DNA of 64,000 nucleotides from Camelus ferus (Eukaryota), in the NCBI RefSeq assembly GCF_009834535.1, contig NC_045696.1, positions 82,338,001 to 82,402,000 of the forward strand, given 5' to 3'. Shown piece after piece: positions 24,587-38,798 of this stretch. The notes below the pieces were generated by a model. That model had not been told where the DNA came from, ran no database searches, and saw only the letters and a program-made list of their open reading frames with translations. Each line of letters starts with the position of its first letter. Positions within the stretch are counted from its first letter, which is position 1. The position numbers were made by a program, and so were the translations under genes.

Positions 24587-26689
24587 CAGGCCACTCAAAA
24601 AACCTTTTGAGGAAAAATCTGGCCCATTATAGGCTACTAATCTGTGACCTTTGACCTAGGCAAATTCAGTGATACCTGAAGTCAGGAATGATTTTCACAG
24701 AAGTATGGGAGTTTGTGCCATCCCACCAGTTAAAGTCCTGTGTAACATAATTGTATTTGAGAGAAGGCTATGCTCTTAGCATCTTTTATAGGCCCCTGGG
24801 AATATCACTAAAGACAGAAATTGCAGAATATAACTTTAATAATATTCTGAAAATATAACTGGATCTCCTTCCCCACATAGAGGACCTAGGACACCTAGGA
24901 CATTTGTTCCTGTGGATCTGCCTGAGGGAAAGACCTGTCCTTCAGTGTCCATTCTGTTAGATACTGATAGGGCTGTGAGGAGACTTATACCATCAGTTGG
25001 GGGAGTTAAGGCCATTTCTCCCATAACCTTCCTCCACCCTGATTTATCTCCCATCTTAGAAAGTCATCAAAGTGTGCAGTATCTTCATTTATGTTGCTCA
25101 AATTCTCATTTCTTCCTTGAGAGAAAAGGAAACAGGAACAAATGGTCAAACATTTTTGGCTCATGCTCTGACCTGGCCAAGGGAATCTAGTATAAGTTGC
25201 CCAACTTCAGATTCTGTATTTGTCAAATAGATATACTAAGACTTACCTTAAATGTTTTTATTAAAGAGGTAGGTCTTATTCTCATAGTTTGCAGGGAATG
25301 ATTTTATAGCACTCTAATGGGAGCATTGTGGCTACTCCAGCAGAAAGTGGTTTTGATTTGTGTTGGGTATATATGGGTCAGGGATGTGTGAGTAAGGGTG
25401 GCGATGCTGGTCAGTTTTTTAATGTAACACTAATTACGAACTTGATGCACATCTGTAATAAGATACGTTGTTCTAGATGTTTACTATCCTATATTTTGTC
25501 TTGAGGGCTGTAGGTTACTTTGGTGATATTTATGTGTATACCATGGCTATGTTAGAAATGTTAAAATGTATAATTATAGCTATTAAAAGCAATTTTAGGA
25601 AAATCTATCAGAAAAAAATACAGCAGTGAAGAAATAAAGGTACTGAATTTTTTATGTCAATTTTTGAATTGATATTATAGCTAAAATGAAAAGCATTATT
25701 TATACATACCATTTGCAGGAAATAGTTGCATTCATCTCACAATTGTTTAGAATGTAAGTAGCTTACTAAAGTGAACCAAGTGACTTATTTTCAACCTTGG
25801 AAGAAAAACTCAATTAAAGCTACAATTGAACTGTAATGGCACCAAGGAGTTCAACTTGACCTCATATACCAGATGATAATCATCTTTCAAGTGTACAAAC
25901 AAGGAAGCATAGTTATCAAAGAATGAGAAATACATTTGTTCAAAGATCATTTACTGCTTTAACAAGAGGTGAAAGCTTGCCAGAAATGTATAAACACCTA
26001 ACACGGTGCTATTCATAGGCTTAACATGTTCAAAGACTTGGGGGGCAATTTAAAAATATCTTTGAAGTCGTGGGTATTCATCATCATATCTAATAATGCT
26101 TACTTTCTAGAGCCTCTCTCTAAGGAGGGCAAAGCAATTTATCTGACTTATTTTCATGACATCCTTGTGAGATAAGGCAACTACCATTATCTCCGTTTTG
26201 CAAATGGAGAAACTAAAGCACTGGGAGGTAAAAATCACTTGAAGAAGGTCAGTAGCAGGCCCAAGAATTTAAACACACACATCAAAGCTTTTAACTCTCA
26301 TTTTAGTTTAACTACAGAAAACTAAACAAACAAAGAATTAAAAAAAAAATAAGCATCTCATACTTCTTTTTATTTTTAAGTTAAAGAATAATTAATGGTC
26401 AATCGTTTTTTTCTTGTTTACCTTGGAAAGGAAAACTAAAATCAGACTTTTCACAATAGGTAGAATGTTACTACACTGGAATATATGAAATATTTGTAAA
26501 GCTGGGACACTCATTCAACAAATGCTTCCTACATGCCTAGTCTGTAACATGTTACATTGTTCGGGATGTTGAGACTTCAAAGGTGAAAAACACATTCCCC
26601 ATCCTTAGAGGATTTCCTGGAGAGTAAGATTATATAAGCAGATTATATATTGCAGTTCAATATTATGGAAATTTAACTAAATTCTTCAT

Positions 26690-27522
26690 TTTATTCCCCA
26701 AATTCTTTCTCGATTTTCCCATCTCTGTATGTGCCACTGCCTTACACCCACTGCTTAAACCAATAATCCAGACATCATCCTTAATTCATTCTCCCCTCAC
26801 CCCACCATATCCTCTAGTCTGTCTTGTAAACATACCCTGAAGTTTTTAAGTCTAATTCATTCCATTGCCACCACCATAATCCAGTTCACCATAGTCTCCT
26901 GCAAAGACTTTCTGACTAGTCTGCTTCTTATCTTGTCCCCTACTCACCACCAAATCGTTCTTCACAAATGCAGCCAGAGTGAGCTTATTAGAATGCAAAC
27001 AGAACCATGTTTCTTCTCTATATAACCCTTCAATGGTTTTACATTGCACTTGGAATAAAATCCAAAATTCTTATCAAGATTTGCATGATCTGGTCCCTCC
27101 TTACCTCTCCAACCTCATTTTAACCCCTCTTCTCCTTTTGTACAGTGCTATAGCCACCTGGGCCGCCTCCTTTCAGTTTCCAGGATTTACTAAGCTCTTT
27201 ATTACCTAAGGTCCTCTTCTTAAATTGCTCTGTCCCGACACTTGCAGTTTTTGGCACCTTCTCTTCTTCACCTCAATTTTGATACCACCTCCTTGGAAGC
27301 CTCTCTAACCCCCTTTTAAAGCATCTCTCCCTTCCTAGTATGACATTATGTTGGTTACCTTCATACCTTGTTTTTCTGATTTATAATAATTTATTTGCTT
27401 TTATCTGTCTTTTTACTGGGTCATAAAAATAGCAGCAGAGATCAAGCCATTTACCTCATTGATATATCCCTACTGCCTATTACATAATAGGTACTCAATA
27501 ATTATTCGTTGAATAAATGAAC
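26690..27522 (+). mobile_element. L2 LINE 3' portion
   Basis: Pyrimidine-rich L2 body ending ATAGGTACTCAATAATTATTCGTTGAATAAATGAA. Confidence 0.7.
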
Positions 27523-27559
27523 GAGTGCTGTTAGGACAGAGGACAATGGCTTACTGAGG

Positions 27560-27830
27560 TGTGATATTGTGATTTATATTAAGAAATATATATTTGGTCT
27601 TCCCCATTTCTGGCACAGAGCTCTTAAAACCCTTGGAATTTTCTAAGTGCTAAGAGTAATAAAGATGTCTTGATATTCATAACAAACTCCTTTTAGCCAC
27701 ACCTGAGTTTATGTTAATAAGGTGGCATTTGGAAAAGCAGCTTAAAACTGGGGGCTGGTTGTTAGAGGAATCAACTAGGTGATTAGGGGGTTGAAACTTT
27801 CAGATCCCTCACCTTCCCCCGACTCCTCCA
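27560..27830 (+). mobile_element. MER21-like LTR 5' fragment
   Basis: TGTGATATTGTGATTTATATTAAGAAATATATATTTGGTC...AAAACCCTTGGAATTT...GGGGGCTGGTTG. Confidence 0.7.
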
Positions 27831-28259
27831 CGTGAAGTTAGAGCCTATCGGTCATGTGCAGGGGATTCCTTCATTCTTCTAATACTCAAATAACCCTTTG
27901 TTGAATACTTCAAAATAATTATTTTATTAGTACAAAAACACTGCATTGTAGCTACTATTATCTGAATTGTAGATAGAATAAAATTGAAGGTGAGCAAAGT
28001 CTGTGATCCCTTCCCTTAAGTAATGCTGCCTCTGTACTTCCAACTTCCCTATGCCACATGTTACTTACTTAACTTTTCTCCTTTCCACTCTTTAATGGGT
28101 GGGGTACAAGGGGATGAAGATAGCACTGAAGTTTGGAGTATTAGCCTGAGTGTCTGACCTGATTTCTCCTTTGGGAGCCCTCCACTGTTTTAATTACAGT
28201 GCTTGTGTGTTCTTAACTTAAAAACCAACTCTTACGTTCCGATAAATGTGAATGTAGTT

Positions 28260-28386
28260 GGGGGAGGATATGGCCCAGTGGTAGACTGCATGCACAGCAT
28301 GCACAAGGTCCTGAGTTCAATCCTCAGTACCTCCATTAAAGATAAAGAAATAAATAAAACTAATTACTCCCCCCACCAATAATAAT
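28260..28386 (+). mobile_element. Vic-1-like SINE
   Basis: GGGGGAGGATATGGCCCAGTGGTAGA...CTGAGTTCAATCCTCAGTACCTCCATTAAA...TAATTACTCCCCCC. Confidence 0.85.
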
Positions 28387-30284
28387 TTAGTAAAGGGGAG
28401 GCTATAACTTCATATGTAAAATCTGGACTGGCCTAGAGAAATCAGTATTGTCTCCTAAAGTAGAAAGAACGGTTAAATTGAGCGATAAAATATCTGGGTT
28501 TAAATCTATATTTTGTCACATAGTTTCTTAGTGACCTTGAGCAATTCACTTAAACTTAAGCCTCTGTTTTCTCATCTCCAAAATGAAGTTATTGATACCT
28601 GCTCTAACTCACAAAGATTTGTAAAGATTAGGTTAGGCAAACCATGTGAAAGTACATTGTTATGCAAATCTAAGTTATACAACTTCCTTCCTTGGAAGAA
28701 ATATTTTGAGCCATCTCTTCATGTCCTGAGAATGAGAATAAAGAAAATTCATCTAAATCCGTGAGGATGGCCTGATCCTGATATTAGAGAGGAATCTTGG
28801 GCAAGGTATGAAATATAAAGAATGATCTAAAGAAGACTTTCATTCAGTTAAATTCAATTAACAAAAGCCTTTAATTAATGAAGATTAATTTTTAAATTTT
28901 CTGATTCTGACTCCCTAAAATAAATTTCTTGCATTTATCCTGAGATGAATATGGTATCCACAAATGTGTGTTTTGTGGCCCCAAGTGGTAAATGTGAGGA
29001 TGATGGCAGAGGGAAATACGGAATGGATGGAGTCCTTGATGGTATTGTTGTACTACTATTTTGACTTGCTTTAGAAATCTCCTACTACTGGTCTTTGTTA
29101 TATGATATTATACATTTCTTTATTGTTTGAGGCTCTTTCAGTTGGGTTTAACTGTTACTTGCAACCAAAAGCATCCATACTTTGACTTCTACTAATCTTA
29201 CATGAATGAGGTAATCTCAGTCGTTTATTCTCATCAAAAATAGGCTTTTACAGCAGATCTCTGCACTTTTTCTGTCTAGAACTAACGCCCAAAGGCACAG
29301 GGCTTCACAGAAGCAGCACACAGCAGAAAACAGATGAAAAGCAAAAGTCTATGTTCTAAAATCAGAAATTCACCTACCCCACTTACTTTATCTATTCTGC
29401 TGAACTCCTGATAATCAATTCTGGTTGCCCAAACTTGGATATATTTATGCATTTTGTTTTCTCTGTTGGCCTCCTTGAACTTGACTATATATTGTCTATG
29501 TGACCTCTGCTTCTATTTGACTTTTCCTGTTTGTCTAGACTCCTACCTAGAGCTGGCCTCTCTTAAACGATTCTGTCCTAATGCCATCCCTACCCCAACA
29601 TGATGCACCCTTATTTTTGAGCTTAGCCTTAAACCGTATGAGGAGCATGAGTCATAATTTTTGCTGAATTGATCATACAAATGTTTTATCTTTCCCTCTG
29701 CTTCTACCTCTGAATTCCTCACAATACGTGTAGCTTAGAAAACCACCAGCAACAGAACCCTGCGGGACTGGGAGTCCTTCATTAAATCACACATCCCATT
29801 TTTTCCCCCTCTTGTGTGAGTCTTGAGACTGGCTTATTCTAGATTCTCCTTAGGTTGCCCAGTTGTAAACCTTGGCCAGCTCCTCATTCTCTTATACTGT
29901 CTGTCTCTGATACACTCCCTGCCCATCTTAATCTAAGTATAAACAGCCTCATCTTCTCTAGATTCTCAGTTCTATTCAGCCCAGCTTCTCTTTTCCTTAC
30001 TTGATAACTGGCATAATTATTCATTTCATACCTAGGAATCCTACCTGTCCTGTATTCAAGTGAAGCAGGAAATTATTATTCTGGTGCTACCCTGAAGTCA
30101 TTAAAAGACTACAGAAATCTACACATGAGAGAAAATGACATATACATATAGAAGAGTTAATTTACCAAGTTTCACAGTTGAAGACAGTAGTGCGAGATTC
30201 AACCCTGTCCATTTGTTCCAAAGTCTGATCTGCTAATCACCATGCTTTTCATTTCTTACTTTTAAAATGGTAATAAAATCATAC

Positions 30285-30982
30285 TTAGCTTGAAAAATAG
30301 GTCTTAAAAACTAAACATACACTTACCATAGGATCCCACAGTCACACTCCTGGATATTTATACCAGAGAATTAAAAACTTAAGTTTTTATAAAAACCTGT
30401 ACATAAGTGTTTATTGGAGCATTATTTTTAATAGCCAAAAAAACTGCAAGAAACTAAACTGTCCTTTACTGGGTGCATGGTTAAACAAACTGTGGTACAT
30501 CCATACCATGGAATATTACTCAGCAGTAAAAAGGAACCACTGATACTTGCAACAGCTTAGATACATCTCAGGCATTATGATAAGTGAAATAAGCCAGTCA
30601 CACAAGGTCACATACTATATAATTCTACTTACATGGCATTCTAAAAATGACAAAATTATAGAGATGGAGATTCATGGTTGCCAGAAATAGGGATGATGGA
30701 GGGAAGTAGGATGGATGTATCTGTGAAGGGGTAGCATGAGGGATACCTTTGTGAAATAGTTTCATGTCTTGGTTGCATTGGCAGCTACACAAGTCACATT
30801 TGATAAAATGACAAAGAACCATACACATTGTACCAGTGTCATTTTCCTGATTTTGATATTGTGCTATAGCTACGTAAGATGGTCCTATTAGAGAAAATGG
30901 TGAGGGGTATATGGGACCTCTCTGTACTATGTGTACAACTTCTTGTGAATCTATAATTATTTCAAAATAAAAAGCTAAAAAA
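30285..30982 (+). mobile_element. Old L1 (L1MB/MC-type) ORF2 end and 3' UTR
   Basis: AAACTGTGGTACATCCATACCATGGAATATTACTCAGCAGTAAAAAGGAA, ending GAATCTATAATTATTTCAAAATAAAA. Confidence 0.85.
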
Positions 30983-33900
30983 GGCCTTATTGTCTTTCAT
31001 CTTCTTCCCTACCCCCTCTTCTCCAATTCAGCTAGTCACTCAGCCAGAGACCAGCTAATGCTAGACTGTTATTTCCCTCCACTCAGATCTAACCAGTGTT
31101 GATGTTCTATTCATTCCACCCTTGAGTGTGCATCTCTCCAGTCTTGCTGTTTTCCCACCCTCTCTGTTTCTGCTCTGTGTCAGACCCTCTATTCTGACCT
31201 TTTGCAATCACTCTCATCCTGGCCTCCTGTCCCCTACCTATCTTTTACAGTGCTGGTGACTTCATTAAATTATAAATCAGATCCTGTTACTTCTCTGCCC
31301 AAGAACAGTTGGTGGCTCCCTGATTCCCGCAGCTTCAAATCAGCTCAGCATGGCAAACAAGAGCCTTCAGTTCCTGTTCTCTGCTCCTCTTAGGAGCTAT
31401 AAATCTGCATGTACTGGAGGCTTGTCTTCTCCCCATTTTTGGTAGATTCGTAGATGGCTTGGCACGTCAGAGTTAGCACACCAGAACAGGCTGATACCTA
31501 CCTTCCTGTCAAGGCCACGTCTCTGTCCAGGAAGTATTATGGTGCAGACATGTTCCCTGTTCCCTAGACCATTATGGGGCCGAGCCTTTTTCTACTGGGA
31601 TGCTAGCTGTGGGGCAGGTGGGCCATCTACTCAGAGCCTAACCTGTGGAATAATGAGAGTTTAAGGGATTACAGACACTCCACCACTTCTCTTCTCATAA
31701 ACTGTTTCCCTGTAATGTTTGTTTCACACCTTCCCTATACTGGGTATATATGCCTGGGACTCCTCTGCATGACATTTCTTCCCTAGACTCACCTGCTGAT
31801 GCTTGCTGAGCATGTGGTATCCAACAATGATCGGTAGTTCTCAGAAAGTGTATCCTCTGCTGGTTCACATACTATTCAGTTTTTTATCCCCTGAAACTTC
31901 CAATTCTTGCCGTGTTGCCCAAGTAGAAACAGATCTGTTATTTTTCATTTTATGTAGCGCTTCTTTGTTTCTCTGTCAGGGAACTTCTTACATTGTTTTG
32001 TAAACCCAGCTGTGAGATTACTTCCTTTTCATCTCACCTAGGCTTTGAGGCTCTTTGAAGGATGGGCTGGTGTGTCTTTTAGCTTTGTAATTCTGATGCT
32101 TGTGAGAGCCTTCCACATGGCTGGTGTTTAGTACACATTTGTTAAAAGAGCAAGTAAATGGTGACCTGTGTGAGAGCACCTTAAAAATAGTAAATGCTCT
32201 ACTAATGTTAGTTATGATGGAGATACCTTAGGGAATCCAGCAAAATAAGCCATAATGGTTGGGACCAGAATTGTTGATATAGCAAAATCAATTAACAATT
32301 TTTAAAAACATTAACTTCTCTACAGACACACACACACATATACACACCATACATGCTGGTGGTGTGTAATCAGCTTTCATGTTTGGATTAACACACTGCA
32401 AGGATTAAAGGTCTCTTTCTTTTCATTGACATTCATGTTGGGGGCTTGCTCGGCACCATCCACACATCACGCTTCACATCTGCTTCTCTCCAGCGTGAGA
32501 TAGCTGACACAGGACGTCATGTGGTGCTTGGCTGTTGACAGAGTTAAATAAATACTCTTTAAAGGGAGAAATACTTTTCTATGTGCAAAAACAACTGAAT
32601 TCAGCCACCAAATCATTTCCCCCAGCTCATCACCAGCCACCAGAAAAATGACAGGTCATTCTTCACATTGATGGATCTGGAGACTCAGAGCTCTGTCTCT
32701 CCTTACTAGTAAGAGAGTTTTACTGTTCCTGGGTTTTCTGGCTGCGATGCACTGCTTTTGTAGTAGCTTTTTGCCCTAAAGGGGCTTTCTGCTTAAGTAT
32801 ATACTATTAGAGGCCTCAAAGAAGGCTAAGTGTTAACTACCCTACTTTTCGAAAGAAAATTTATTTGTAGCTAAATCTAATGTTAAAAACTGACTTTACC
32901 TTAAGCACTTCTAGTGGCTTTATGAGAAAACCAAGAAAGTAAATTAATCTATATCTTAAGTTAAACTTTGAAATGAAGATAATTAAAAAGGGATAATTTA
33001 TTTATAGTTCTTCTTCACTGTAGTATCTAAAATTGTGAGCCAAATAGAAACCGAGAAAACAATGATTTACTTTCAACTTTTAATCAAACATAAGAATAAT
33101 TGCATGTAGCAATTTTTCTGATTTTAAGGAAGAAAGTTTTCTGGTTTTGTTATACTTTCTATTCTCTGTAGTTTTCAAGCAACTTTATGAATACTAAATC
33201 CTACTTTCATAAAACCAGTTTTTTTTTCTGTTGTAATTTTATAATCTGTCAAAACCTTAAGGCTGAAAACTTTTGGCTTAGTCATTTTATTTTTTCTCGA
33301 CAGTAGATGGCAATATCTGTTCACCTGTAGCAAAAACCTCAATCACAGTAATGACTGTAGACTTAGATTTTTTTTCCTACCCCACTGTGGAGTAAAATCA
33401 GTCTATTTAAAATCGTAACACTGAAGACAGAAACAATTTGCATGCCACTATAATCTTACTTTTAAAACTTTGGTTGAAGGGGTACAAAAGTATATGAGTA
33501 GATGAGAACTATGCCTTCTTTCACTCCAGGGTAGAGAGGCTGGCAGGTCCAGAAAAGGCGGCAGGATTCAGTGAACAAAGAATGGAGAGGTAGACAGTCC
33601 GTGGCAAAAATGAGAGAGGTTAAGCTAACAAATTGGAGCTAGTTCTGTTAAAATTTATGCTCAGATCCTGTTACATACTCATAAAGGCTTTTTGCTTTTT
33701 TTGTTTGTTTGTTCAATTTCAAAATGTGGTTTTGCCTAGAAATTTTTAAACTTCATACATTTTTATTTTTGAGAAAGAAAATAAAAAATGCAGAAATAAA
33801 ACACTGCCAGTTTTGTACCCAAGGCCCATGTTTACACTTCCCTTCTCAAGGAAGTAAGGAGGTAGGGGGTCAAAACCAGTATTTGGGAGAGGTTTCCTTT

Positions 33901-36791
33901 AGATCTAACCTTCCTTCTGATCCTCTCAACCAGAGCAGTCACATTTCTTATAATGGATTTCTAATATTTGAGGAAATGGCTCCACAGCTTCAAAAATTTT
34001 TTAAATTGCAACTGATGGCCTAACAGAATAGCTGCTTTACAGCTTCTACAGCTTTACTTCTGTGATAAAGCAATAAACAAGCTTTCTTAAAGACAGGGGG
34101 TAACATGTAGTTGTAGCCTCCTTAACATCAAATATCATCTGTACCTTTGGAAATTTTAATGTATAGTATCGTGCACTCTGAAGTGGGAAACATATTGAAG
34201 TATTCTTTATCTTTTACTCTAGGAATTTCCATAATGAGTGTTATCTTCATTAAAATCTACCTTCAAACAAATTAACATTTAGTACTAATTTGATTGCTTA
34301 TTGGCTATAACTTTCTGTTTTGTATTTTATAATAAGTTGTCCTTTTGCCAAAATAGTTCCATTGATAGTTTGCTCTTTGGATTACTGTGGCTGGGAAAAC
34401 AGCTGTTTTCAGATAGGACTGCTGGGAAGCATGGCAAGAGTCTACTACTGTACCCACAAGCATCAAGCCATAGACAGAATACAAAGGAAAAGAAAAAGTG
34501 GCTCACGCTTGGTATCAAATAGGTTTAGCTTCCATGACATCATAGTGATCAAGACTTCAGATGTTTTAATGGCCCATATTAATATTGGGCCAATTTTCAT
34601 TAAAAAAATGACTGTTTCCTTGTTTCTGTGATTGACAATCAGCCTCTCAGAATCAATATATCTGATTATAGTCCTTTTGGATTCTTTTTTTAAAGTGGTT
34701 CACTTTAAGTAGCTGGATAAATAAATGAAATAAATGTTTTGAGGAGCCAAGGAGAAATACGATATAATCTCTTTCTAGGTCAGTCTGTGTTGGTGACTGT
34801 TGATTTCAGTAGAAAATTCCTTAGGATTCTGGAGATGTACAGCAATACTTGAATTCCTATTAGAGGACAGGACCCATGGTAGTCTGTCTGTCTCTCTCAT
34901 TATTTAAGAAGGTTATGGAATATGTGGTTAGCTGAACACAGTAACTGCATAAATAAATTAACCACATTCCATGAAGTTTTGATGGGTTTATGGTCAAATG
35001 AAGGAAATTATCTTGGCTATTTCTTGGTGGATCTTTCCCATAGAGTGTGGCTATGCTTCTCTCTTTATTTCCTGTGAAGTGATGGGTTTCACAGTAGAAG
35101 CTTACCTATTTTTAGGATCACTGGACATCTGGCCGGTTTTGCTATTTATGATAAGTCTTCCTTCAGGCAAAGAACTAAATTTCATGATTTCTTTTATCAC
35201 GTTAAAGTGCCTGTAAACTAATGCATTATAGGATCTACTATACAGAGCTGAGGAATGTCTACAGTGTATATGTATATCTATGTATTTTTCATCACAGGAA
35301 GCAGCTTGAATTTCTTTATAATACATGAAACTCTCATCTCTCTTTTTCACCTGGTTTTATGGCCTCTACTATGGCACAAAGAAAAGTGTGACCCTAGAAA
35401 CAGGCCTTATGATTGTAAGCTCCCCCACATCAGAATACATTAAAGGTTCAATTTAATATTATGCATCTGTAGGCAGCTTTGAACAAACAGAGCGTGATGG
35501 TTATGAGTATGAACTGGTAAAGCCTGTTAATTTCACTTCCTTTCCATTCATTCTTATCTCAAATTCTCCAAGGTGGGATTTTTATCTGCATGTTTCCAAG
35601 AAGGTGTTCAATTAATAACAGAAAAGAATTAAAGCTGATATGATCATTTCATGTCTTAATTTAACTCTTTTAAATAGACAGCCAGGAAGAAAAAGAACCA
35701 TTTTCACATTTATTTGTTTTTTTTATTCCAGGTTTTCTCCCATTGTATTTGTCGTGTTATAGATTTAATATTTTCCCCTCAGTAATTTATCACAGTAATC
35801 TGGTATTTGATCACTTACCCATGTAGCATATACCAAATTTAACTTTAGGTGAATAATATTTGAAATGTTAATTTGTAATCTGTGCAGAGCTTACGCAAGC
35901 CACAAGCACCCTCTCTATTCAGAGCAACTATCTCCTGTTAAGGTGTCCCCATTTGATACTTCTTACATATCATCCTTCCCAAGCTTTCTCCTCTAACCTC
36001 AAATTGTTACCCTTCTGTCCGCCTTGGGTTCTAGGCCCTCTGGATTCTGCTTTTAGCTTTTCTCGAGCTGTTAGAGAGCTGGAATGAAAGAGAGCTAGTG
36101 CAGTCAACATGCAGCCAGGTCACTCCATCCTTTGAGACTTAATTAAATGGGCTCAACCCCTCACCCCATATGTAGTGGGAAAGGAGGCATCCCTTGACCC
36201 CACCTCAATCCACGCCATTTCTGAGGATTGTTGGGGGAGCTTATGCTCTGATCAAGGCCTTTCTGCTTCTGGAAATCTTCTCCACTGAGCATTTGTTCTA
36301 CTCTCTGTATTTCCTGTCTGCTTTTGTATGTGTCTTCTTTCTGGACATCACTCAGATCCCTTCCCTGACCAAAGTCCTGACAACTCAGGGCTATGTGTGA
36401 GATCTTATAGAAGGTTTGGCCACAAAGCCATGCAAAGCACTTACAACTAAATTTCAGATACTTCTGTTCTTAAAAGCCCCTGGCCATGCTGCCTGTGGGC
36501 AGTTGCAGTGTTCTCGACTGGAAGAAGGACCCGGGGCTCCCTTTCTCCCTACTTCAAAGTTTGCTCTTTTTCTCTGACTGATATGTGCTCCCAAACCTCA
36601 CAAATCCTTGTCTGTTCTTATGCACAATAAGTTTGCTTCTCTGGTCTTATTCCTGCCTAGTTAATGGTTTAATCCTTTTCTAGAGATATTTTCATGTTTA
36701 TAGGGGATAAATTTGAGGAATTGGCTGACTTCTCAAATAGACTACTTGTGGGCCCCTTTGGTGAGATGCATCTGACTAGGAGAACCTGTTT

Positions 36792-36846
36792 ATTTTTATT
36801 TTTTTAATATATTTTTTATCTATTTTTTATTGAGGTATAGTTGATC
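36792..36846 (-). mobile_element. Extremely 5'-truncated L1 terminus with TSD
   Basis: Reverse complement TCAACTATACCTCAATA plus a degenerate poly(A), flanked by AGGAGAA(C/A)CT(G/T)TTT at 36778 and 36847. Confidence 0.65.
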
Positions 36847-37799
36847 AGGAGAAACTTTTTAACCCCACAAATTGTATCATAAAGGCCACCGATTTCTCCA
36901 TTTTTCTACCTGTCTTGTGTTCTTATTTTTTCCTCTGCAAGCATATGTATCTATAGGAATGTGGAGACATTCAAAGGACAGAGAGTTCATAATGAAGGTA
37001 GATTTTAAGTAGATGTCTGTGCTCAACTATTTATAAGCATTATTTTATTTAATTAAAAACCCTATGAGAAATCTATTGTGTGACAGGAAGCAGTCCCCTT
37101 TGAAGTAACTCACCCAAGGTCACATAGGCAGTGGATTCAATCTAGATGGGCGTTACTCCAAAATCCTGTGCCCTTCACCACTAGGCACCAAGGAACTTTT
37201 CTCCATACGTAAGTTTATTACATTTCTTCAAGGACAGAAGTCCATTGACTTTAATGTGCCATTTTTCCCCCTAGCCAGTAAATATAGCATTATGTTAACA
37301 CACACTATTTCTTTATGTGTGAACAAGAATCCATTTGTTGTGGGATATGTTAGTCATGTGACAAGTTTAAACCAATGATAAGGGGTTGAGATAGTGTACT
37401 ATTATCTAAAAATTAACCTCCAGTCCTTTATAAATATGTATTTTGTATGTGTAGACAATATTATATAAAATCTATTTTCCTTTTTAATCTTCCTGTACCT
37501 GCCTCAGTATCAAGAGGGATTGGTATATTCAAGATATTTGGAAATGTTTTACTTGCTAAATTAGAGTAATGTGATGAACTTTATGTTAAAATTAAATATG
37601 AGAAAACAATTACTATTTCTAATTTAAATATAATTGCCTTTATCATGGCTCTCCTAAAAATAGGGATTGTTACAAATACATTTACAAAGTCATTTCATGG
37701 TATAAAAGGTTTATTACCAAATAATTCATAGAGAAAAGTTGTTCAATTAAAGTTTAGTTTAAAATTTTCCAGTAGGTGATGCATTTTCCAGTAGGTTAA

Positions 37800-38765
37800 A
37801 AAATCCAAAGTTATGAAAAGGTATGTAGTGAAAATTCTCCTTCCCACCTCTGATCTTCCCTTGTATTTCCTGCAACGCATCCCTTCTTTTTCAAGCAATC
37901 ATTGTTCTATTTTTATGCATTTAAATGTATATTCATATTTCTCCCTCTCATACATAAATATTTGCACATTTAAATACTCTCATGTATGTTGCTTTCTTTA
38001 CTTAATAATGTGTCATGGAACTTTTCCCATGTCATTACATAAAGATTTTTTTCCTTTTCTTTTCAGATGAATAATATTCAGTTGTATAGATGTACTCAGT
38101 CCCCAATCAAAGAATATTTGGCTGTTTTCAATCTTTTACCCTTTTAAACTGTTTCAGTGATTAGCTTTTTGTCATTTTGCATTTATGTGAGTACATCTGT
38201 AGGAAGTGGAATTGTTGGATTAAAGAATATATGCACTTATAATTTCAATAGATATTATTCAATTGCCCTCCATAGAAATGCAACTAATTTATAATATAAG
38301 CAATATAGGTACAAGAGTTCCTATTTACCTACAGTCATGCCAATAAAGTACTATCAAACTTTGGTTTTAGAGGGTGGGGAGGGTTAAATTTGGACCTCAG
38401 GATTTGTAGATACTAACTACTATAAATAAAATAGGTAAATAACAAGGTCCTACTATATAGCACAGGGAACTACATTGAATACCTTGTAATGGCCTATAAT
38501 GAAAAAAGAATATGAAAAGGAATATATATGTGTATGTATAAATGAATCACTATGCTATACACCAGAAATTAACACAACATTGTAAATTGACTATACTTCA
38601 ATAAAAAAAAACAACAAAAAAACTTTGTTTTTTGCCATTTTGGTAAGTGAAAAATGGCATCTTAGATATGTATTATTTTAAATTTTCCAATTATGAATGA
38701 GCTAAGCTTCTTTTCATATATTTAAGACCAACTTATATTTCCTCCTCTGTGACCTGTCACATACT
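37800..38765 (-). mobile_element. Old L1 (L1ME-type) fragment, interrupted by a younger L1
   Basis: GGAAGTGGAATTGTTGGAT...AAAATGGCATCTT, antisense L1 ORF2-end motifs. Confidence 0.6.
38370..38619 (+). mobile_element. Young lineage L1 3' end with poly(A) and TSD
   Basis: AACAAGGTCCTACTATATAGCACAGGGAACTA...GACTATACTTCAATAAAAAAA. TSD AAACTTTG(G/T)TTTT at 38356 and 38620. Confidence 0.9.
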
Positions 38766-38785
38766 TTGTCCATAATTTCTATGGA

Positions 38786-38798
38786 GTTGTTGTTGTTG

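Noticed and set aside
25430..26030. Possible ancient transposon or pseudogene relic
   Set aside because: I could not recover a reading frame or assign a family by eye. It needs BLASTX/Dfam.
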